Assembly: GCF_009914755.1 (NCBI RefSeq)
Contig: NC_060926.1
Reading direction: 5' to 3' (one strand)
DNA length: 64,000 bases
From: the human T2T-CHM13v2.0 reference genome, Homo sapiens
The position numbers were made by a program, and so were the translations under genes. Of the stretch, positions 53,594 through 64,000 are shown in pieces. Below the pieces are notes generated by a model. The model saw nothing but the letters and a program-made list of their open reading frames with translations, was not told where the DNA came from and searched no databases. Each line of letters starts with the position of its first letter. The stretch's first letter is position 1.

Positions 53594-54425
53594 TCACTTT
53601 AATTAATGGACACTTACAGACTGAAGGTGAAGGGACAGAACAAAATATTCATGCAAACAGATATCAAAGGAGGGCAGGAGGGGGATATGTCCTCCTGCCA
53701 TACTTATAACAGGCAAAGTAAATGTTAGGTCAGAATATATTTAAAAAAGGAAAATAAGGTAATTACATAGTGATAGAGAAGTATATGCACCCAACACTGG
53801 AGCACTTAAATATATGAATATTAAAGGATCTGAAGTGAGACCTAGACTGTGACAGTAGGGGATTTAAGTAACCCACTTTCGACTCCAGACAGATCATTCA
53901 AACAGAAACTCAAAATAGAAACATTCGACTTAAAGCATACTTTAGTTGAAATGAACCTAGCAAACATATGCAGAATATTTCATCCAACAGTTACAGGATA
54001 TATTTTTTTCCAAGTTCAGAAGGAATATTCTCCAGGATAGATTATATGTTGGGCAAAAAAAAGTTTTTACACAGTTTAAAAAATTGAAGTTATGTCAAGT
54101 GTCAAGTATTCTTTTTTTTCTGACCACAATGGTACAAAACAAGAAATCAGTCACAGAAGGAATCATGGAAAATAAACAGAAATTCAACAATATGCTTCTG
54201 AACAATTACTGAGTCAAAGAAGAAATTAAGAGAAATGCTGAACATACTTTGAGACAAATGAAAATGGAAACACAACTTACCAAAATATATGGGAGGCTGC
54301 AAAGCAGTTTTAGGAGGAAAATTCATAGCACTAAAAGCCTTTAATAAGAAAAAAAGAAATATCTCAAATAAGCAACCTAATATTATACCTCGAGAAACTA
54401 GGGAAAAGGAAAAAAAAGCCAAATA

Positions 54426-54661
54426 CAACGATCCCTCGATATACAGAGAGGATAGGTTCCAGGACCCCCTATGTATACCAAAATCTGCATACTCAAATCC
54501 CGCAGTCAGACCTGCAGAACCCTTGGTTACAAAATGTTGTCCTCTGTATATGCAGGTTTTACATTCCACAAGTACTGTATTTTTCATCTGCATTTGGTTG
54601 AAATATTCTGTAAATTAGTGGATCCATGCAATTCAACTGTATGCTGTGTAAGGGTCAAATG
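54426..54661 (+). mobile_element. MER8 (TcMar-Tigger MITE) with TA TSD
   Basis: ggttccaggaccccctatgtataccaaaatctgcatactcaaatcccgcagtc...aagggtcaaatg, flanked by TA. Confidence 0.85.
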
Positions 54662-55061
54662 TAAATCAAAAGTTAGCAGAAAGAAAATAAGATTCAGAGT
54701 AGAAGTAACTAAAATAAGGACAATGAAAAAACTGAAAAAGATCAACAAACTAAAAGATGGTGTTTTGAAGAGCTGAACAAAGTTGACCAACCCTTCGCAG
54801 ACTAACCCTTAGCAGAAATACAAAGAATCATAAGAAATTACTAGGAACAATTGTGTCAACAAATTGGAAAACCTAGAAAAAAATGGATAAATTGCTAGAA
54901 GTATGTGACCTATCAATATTAAATCATGAATACTCTGGAAATCTGAACAGGATAATAACAAGCAAGAATATTGAATCACTAATTAAATGTCTACCATCAA
55001 AGAAAACCCCAGGACCAGATGGCTTTATGGCTGACTTTTTATCCTAATAAAAATTTAGTGA

Positions 55062-55697
<636 letters not shown>

Positions 55698-56792
55698 AGG
55701 ATATATCAAATCTACAGATCAAAAAAAAAAACATTATTTTGATTAATGCCAAAAAAGCATTTGATAAAGTTCAAAAACCCTCCATAATAAAAACTGTCAA
55801 TATACTGGGTACACACACAAAAAATATTCAGAACCATGAGGGCCACTTATGAAAAACCCACGGCTAATATCATGCTAAAAAGGGAAACTTTGAAAGCGTC
55901 CACTAAGAGGTGGAACAAAACAAAGATTTCCATTTTTAACACTTTTATTCAACGTAGTACTGAAAGCACTATTCAGAGCAATCAGGCAAGCAAAAAATAA
56001 AGAGAATCTAAATTGGGAAGGACAAAGTAAACTTTGCAGATGGCATAATCTCATATGTAGGAAAACCTAAAGACACCACCAGAAACCTCAAAAGTAATAA
56101 ACAAATGTAGTATAATGGCAGGCTACAAAATTAGGTATTTCCACATACCAACAACAAAATAGCTAAAAAGGAAATAAAAAAGCAATTCCATTTACAGTAG
56201 TTACAAAACAAAAAAAAAACCTAGGAATAAATTTAACAAAGGTGGTGAAAGAACTCTACAATAAAAAACTGTAAAACATTTGTTAAAAAAAAAAGACACA
56301 AAAAATGAAAAGACATCCCATGTTCATGGATTGGAAAAAAATAATATTGTAAAGATGATCATACTATAATACCCAAAGTAAAGAACAGATTTAATGCAAT
56401 TCTATAAAATGACTAATGTCATTCTTCACAGAAATGAAAAAATCCTAAAATCTGTATGGAACTACAAAAGACTCTGAATAGTCAAACCAATCTTAGCCAA
56501 AAAGAACAAAGCTGAAGACATCGTACTAGTAAATTTCAAAATATATTACAAAGCTATAATCAAAATAGCAATGGTACTGGCATAAAGACACATTGACTAA
56601 CCAAATAGAGTTCCCAGAAACATGCTTATACATCTATGGCTTAACTGATTTTTGACAAGCCAAGAAAACACAATCTCTTCAATAAATGGTATTGGGAAAA
56701 CTGGATATCCACACACAGGGAGTGAAAATGGATTCTTACCCTTTATATATGAATCAATTAAAATGAATTAAAGTTATAAATGTAAGATCTGA

Positions 56793-57157
<365 letters not shown>

Positions 57158-58150
57158 ACATGACCCCTAAAACACAGACAACCACAGCAAAAACAGACAA
57201 ATGAGAGTGCATCAAACTAGAGAACTTTCTCACAGTAGAGGAAATAACTGAGTGAAGAGATACTTAAAACCTACAGATGGTAGAAAATAATTTTAGAAAT
57301 CATACCTTGAATAAGAGACTAATATTCAAAAGATACAAGACACTCAAGTTACTCAATAAAAAGTAAACAAATAGCTATTTAAATTGAGTAAAGACATTGA
57401 ATAGACCCTCAGAAGATGACATACAAATAACCAACAGATAAATGAAAAAACAGCAAACATCTCTAGTCAGAGAAATGCAAATAAAACCATAATGAGATAT
57501 TACTTCCCACCTGTTAGGTTGGCTATTGTCAAAAAGATGAAAAACAACAAGTATTGGCAAGGATGTAAAGAAAAGGAAAACCTTGTGTACTGTTCGTGGA
57601 AATGTAAATTAATATAGCCATTTTGGAAAAGAGTATGAAGGTTTCTCAAACTAAAAATTGATTTACTATATGACACATGATTTCTGTGTATCTATGCAAA
57701 GAATTAAAATCTATATGTCAAAAATATGTTTGTACTCCCATACTCTTTGAAGCATTATTCCTAGCAGCAAATATATGGAAACAACTGAAGTGCCCATCAA
57801 TGGATGAATGGATTAAACAATGTGGTATTCGGATACAATGAAATACCATTCAGTCCTAAAAGTACAGGAAATTCTGTCATTTTCAACAACATGGATGAAA
57901 CTAGGTGTATATAACACTGCATAAAATAAGCTAGGCACAGAAAGACAAATACCACATGATCTCACTTACATGTGCAAAATGAAAATTGAACTCATAGAAG
58001 GAGCGAGTAGAATAGTGGTTACTCAAGGCTGGGGAAATAGGTGGTCATGGCTACAGGAAACACTGATTAAGGTTACATAAGCTCAGAGTGGAAGAATTAG
58101 GTTCTAGTGATCTATTGCACAACAAGGTATATATAGTTAAAATTAATGTA

Positions 58151-58656
58151 CACTAGTGCCCATTTATGTGTGGTTTCACTTTCCTTGGTTTCAGTTATTC
58201 ATGGTCAACCATAGTTAAAAAATATTAAATAAAAATTCAGACACAATTCATAAGTTTTAAATTACAGGATATACTGAGGAGAATAATGAAATCTCTCATT
58301 CTACTCTGTTGCCCAGGACATGAATCATCATTTTGTCCAGCCTATCCATGCTAAATATGCTGCTCACCCATTAGTCACTTAGTAGCTGTCGATTATCAGA
58401 CTACTCATTGTGATATTGTAGTTCAAGTAATACTTATAGCTCCAGAGTGCAAGAGTAGTGATCATGGTATTTCAGATATGCTAAAGAAAAGCCACAAAGT
58501 TTGTCCTTTAAGGAAAAAGGTTAAAGTTTTTACTGTATGTATTTGTTTATAGAAATAAAAGGCATATGGTATATGTACAGTTTGGTATTATTGGAGGTTT
58601 CAGGCATCCACTGAGGGTCTTCCAAGTTATCCCCTGTGAATGAGGGGGGCCTACTA
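58151..58656 (+). mobile_element. MER44 (MER44B-like, Tigger7-derived) with TA TSD, inside the L1MA 3' UTR
   Basis: ggtttcactttccttggtttcagtta...ggtttcaggcatccactgagggtctt...tatcccctgtgaatgaggggggcctacta, flanked by TA. Confidence 0.82.
58172..58184 (-). promoter_or_regulatory. IRF-E/ISRE motif
   Basis: ggtttcactttcc = GGAAAGTGAAACC on the minus strand. Confidence 0.5.
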
Positions 58657-59121
58657 TATTGTATATTTTAAAACAATTAAAGGAATGAATTTTAAATGTT
58701 CTCACCACAAAACTATTTGAGATGAGGGATATGTTAATCCACAATATATACATTTATAGAAACATCACATTGTACTTCACAAATATGTGCAACTTTTGTC
58801 AATTAAACATAAAACTTGAAAAATTAAGAAAAATAATGTAAAAGGCTTTAAGATATTTCAATAAATGTATTATCACATAATGAGTTTACTTTGCAGTTCG
58901 AACTATAAAGTATACCTATTCCTCAAGAACAAACCGAACACAAACCTGGGAGAAAAAAGAAAGACTGAAGTGGAACTAAATAATATTGAAACCAACAAGC
59001 AATACAAGGTATCAATTAAATAAAAAGTTGGCTCTAAAAAGAAATAAAATTTACCTTTGATTGATTGCTTTTGGTGTCATGTCTTAACAATTCATTACCA
59101 AGGACTAGGTCACATACACTA

Positions 59122-61832
59122 TTTTTTTTCTTCAACTTTTAAGTTCTGGGGTACATGTGCAGGATGTGCAGGTTTGTTACATAGGTAAACATGTGTCATG
59201 GTGGTTTGCTGCACAGATCAACCCATCACCTGGGTATTAACTCCAGCATCCATTAGCTATTCTTCCTGATGCTCTCCCTCCCAGCCCCCTCACTCTGACA
59301 TGCCCCAGTGTGTGTTGATCCCCCCAATGTGTCCATGAGTTCTCATCATTCAGCTCCCACTTATAAGTAGAAGCATGCGGTATTTGGTTTTCTGTTCCTG
59401 GGTTAGTTTGCTGAGGATAATGGCTTCCAACTCCATCCATGTCTCTGCACAGGACATGATCTCATTCTTTTTATGGCTGCATAGTACTCCATGGCATATA
59501 GGTCCCACATTTTCTTTATCCAGTCTATTACTGAAGGGCATTCGGGTTGATTTGATGTCTTCATGTTGTGAATAGCACTGCAATGAATATACGTGTGGAT
59601 GTGTTTTTATAATAGTATCATCTATATTTCTTTGGATATATAGCCAGAAATGAGATGACTGGGTCAAATGGTATTTCTGCCATTTTTGAGGATCTTTGAT
59701 CTTTGAGGAATTTCCACAATGTCTTCCACAATGATTGAACTAATTTACACTCCCACCAACAGTGTAAAAGCATTTTCTTTTATCTGCAACGTTGCCAGCA
59801 TCTGTTGTTTCTGGACTTTTTAATAATTGCCATGATGACTGGCCTGAGATAGTATCTCATTGTGATTTTGATTTGCATTTCTCTAATGATCAATGATGTT
59901 GAGCTTTTTTTCATATGTTTGTTGGCCACACGAATGTCTTCTTTGGAGAAGTGTCTGTTCATGTCCTTTGTCCTCTTTTTAATGGGGTTTAGCTTTTTCT
60001 TGTTAAATTTGTTTAAGTTTCTTACAGACTCAGGTATTAGACCTTTGTCAGATGAAAAGATTTCAAAACTTTTCTCCCATTCTGTAGGTTGTCTGTTCAC
60101 TCTGATTATAGTTTCTTTTGCTGTACAGAAGCTCTTTGGCTTAACCAGATCCCATTTGTCAATTTTGGCTTTTGTTGCAATTGTTTTTGGCATTTTCATC
60201 ATGAAATCTTTGCTCGTGCCTGTGTCTTGAATGGTATTGCCTAGATTTTCTTCTACGGTTTTTACAGTTTTAGGTTCTGCAGTTAAATTCTTAATCCATC
60301 TTGAGTTAATTTTTGTATAAGATGTAAGGAAGGAATCCAGTTTCAATCATTTGCATGTGGCTAGCCAGTTCTCCCAGCACCATTTATTGAATAGGGAGCC
60401 CTTTCCCCATTGCGTTTGTCAGGTTTGTCGAAGATCAGATGGATGTAGGTGTTCCGTCTTATTTCTGAGTTCTCTATTCTGTTCCATTAGTCTATGTGTT
60501 TGTTTTTGTACCAGTATCATGCTATTTTGGTTACTATAGCCTTGTAGTATAGTTTGAAGTCAGGTAGCATGATGTCTCTAGCTTTATTCTTTTTGCTTAG
60601 GATTGTTTTGGCTATACAGGCTCTTTTATAGTTCCACATGAATTTTAAAATAGTTTATTCTAATTCTGTGAAGAATGTTAAAGGTAGTTTAATGGGAATA
60701 CCATTGAGTCTATAAATTGCTTTGGGCAGTATGGCCATTTTCAAGATATTATTTCTTCCTATCCATGAGCATGAAATGTTTTTCTACTTGTGTTCTCTCT
60801 GATTTTCTTGAGCAGTGGTTTGTAGTTCTTTTTGAAGAGGTCCTTCACTTCCCTTTTTAGCTGTATTCCTAGTATTTTATTCTTTTTGTAGCAATTGTGA
60901 ATTGGAGTTCATTCATGATTTCAATCTCTGCTTGCCTGTTTTTTGTGTATATAAATGCTAGAAAATTTTGTACATTGATTTTGTATCCTGAGACTTTGCT
61001 GAAGTTGCTTATCAGCTTAAGAAGCCTTTAGGCTGAGACAATTAGGTTTTCTAGATATAGAGTCATGCCATCTGCAAACAGAGATAATTTGACTTGTTCT
61101 CTTCCTATTTGAATAGTTTTTATTTCTTTCTCTTGCCTAATTGTCCTGACCGGAACTTCCAATACTGTGTTGAATAGGAGTGGTGAGAGAGGGCATCTTT
61201 ATCTTGTGCTGGTTTTCAAGGGGAATACTTCCAGCTTTTGCCCATTTAGTATGATGTTGGCTATGGGTTTGTCATATACGCCTATTATTATTTTCAAGTA
61301 CATTCCTTCAATATCTAGTTTATTGAGAGCTTTTAACATGAAGAGATGTTGAATTTTTTGAAGGCCTTTTCTGCATGTATTGCGATAATCATGTGTTTTT
61401 GTCTTTAGTTCTCTGTTTATATGATGAATTACATTTATTGATCTGTATATGTTGAACCTTCTTGCATTTTGGCAATAAATCCAACTTCATTGTGGTGAAT
61501 AAGCTTTTTGATGTGCTGCTGGATTCAGGTTGCCAGTATTTTATTGAAGATTTTTGCATTGATGTTCATCAGGGATAATAGCCTGAAGTTTTCATCTTTG
61601 GTATTGTATATCTGCCAGGTTTTGATGTCAGGATAATGCTGGCCTCATAAAATGAGTTACGGAGGAGTCCCTCCTTTTAAATTTTTGGAATAGTTTCAGT
61701 AGAAATAGTGCCAGCTCTTCTTTGCACCTCTACCAGAGGTGCAAAGAAGAATAATAGCCTGTCAACCAAAAAAAGCCCATCTGGTCCTGGGCTTTTTTAA
61801 ATTGGTGGGCTATTTATTACTGCCTCAATTTC
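59122..61832 (-). mobile_element. L1PA (mid-age) 3' ~2.7 kb, antisense
   Basis: ggggtacatgtgcaggatgtgcaggtttgttacataggtaaac; minus ORF 59780-60346 is ORF2 C-terminal (KINSRWIK...KIDKWDL...[21 protein letters not shown]...CWQRC). Confidence 0.94.
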
Positions 61833-61865
61833 CTCCTTAAAATAAATAAATAAATAAATAAAAAA

Positions 61866-63150
<1,285 letters not shown>

Positions 63151-63349
63151 TCTTGAATTAGGATTTAAAATTTGGCTTTATAGGAAATTACATATGTAAC
63201 CCCCTATATAATGCACATTTACATGAGAATGTGGATCAAGTCACGACATTGAAATACAGAAGGACAATACAGATAAGAAAAGGCTCAAACTTGCAAGGCA
63301 AATAAATGTAAATTACCCACCCAATTAGTTATATATAAGTACAATATTT

Positions 63350-64000
63350 GCTGATACCCAGGCAAACATGGGGACTGGAGCGGACCTTCAGCAAACTCAA
63401 ACAGACCTGCAGCTGAGGGTCCTGACTGTTAGAAGGAAAACTAACAAACAGAAAGGACATCCACACCAAAACCCCATCTGTACGTCACCATCATCAAAGA
63501 CCAAAGGTAGATAAAACCACAAAGATGGGGAAAAAACAGCAGAAAAACTGGAAACTCTAAAAATCAGAGGGCCTCTCCTCCTCCAAAGGAACGCAGCTCC
63601 TCACCAGCAACGGAACAAAGCTGGACGGAGAATGACTTTGACAAGTTGAGAGAAGAAGGCTTCAGACGATCAAACTACTCCAAGCTAAAGGAGGAAGTTC
63701 GAACCTATGGCAAAGAAGTTAAAAACCTTGAAAAAAAATTAGACGAATGGCTAACTAGAATAACCAATGCAGGGAAGTCCTTAAAGGACCTGATGGAGCT
63801 GAAAACCAAGGCATGAGAACTACGTGACAAATGCACAAGCCTCAGTAGCCGATTCGATCAACTGGAAGAAAGGGTATCAGTGATGGAAGATGAAATGAAG
63901 CGAGAAGAGAAGTTTAGAGAGAAAAGAATAAAAAGAAACAAACAAAGCCTCCAAGAGATATGGGACTATATGAAAAGACCAAATCTACGTCTGATTGGTG
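63350..64000 (+). mobile_element. Younger L1PA (L1PA3-5-like), starting within the 5' UTR and running off the window
   Basis: gctgatacccaggcaaaca...agacctgcagctgagggtcctgactgttagaaggaaaactaacaaacagaaagg; CpGs retained. Confidence 0.93.
63525..64000 (+). pseudogene. Disrupted L1 ORF1
   Basis: ATG at 63525 (aaagATGgggaaaaaacag); apparent 2-bp loss versus consensus cagagcaga, TGA at ~63814 (gcatgagaa, consensus CGA), and a short deletion near 63890. Confidence 0.8.

Noticed and set aside
54147-54790. Several 100-150 aa ORFs around MER8
   Set aside because: They are chimeric frames across L1 ORF2 and a non-autonomous MITE, with no transposase motifs.
59780-60346. 188-aa ORF
   Set aside because: It is a C-terminal fragment of L1 ORF2p within a truncated L1PA, not an independent gene.

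Overview
Primate (very probably human) genomic DNA. It is AT-rich, CpG-poor and dominated by interspersed repeats. I recognise no host protein-coding exon, RNA gene, CpG island, CRISPR array or prokaryotic feature. Content: many decayed LINE-1 pieces, including a nearly full-length old L1MA-type element at ~49950-58835 riddled with later insertions, a twin-primed L1PA with TSDs, and a younger L1PA3-5-like 5' end running off the right edge. Also about a dozen Alu/FLAM copies, a two-LTR THE1 MaLR provirus nested in an MLT1 LTR, solo LTRs (MER11, THE1A, MST, MLT1, MER57, MER34-like), DNA transposon fossils (MER5, MER8, MER20, MER44) and MIR/L2 fragments. Most ORFs in the track derive from these repeats or are chance ORFs. 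I found no convincing previously undescribed biological system. The most interesting signals are small in scale: two templated inverted-insertion scars in L1 copies, a twin-priming inversion, intact DUX4 motifs in three MaLR LTRs, an intact IRF/ISRE motif in MER44, several short tandem duplications, and a few unique motif-dense stretches that may be conserved enhancers. Subfamily names come from remembered consensus sequences and boundaries are approximate; both need RepeatMasker/Dfam confirmation.
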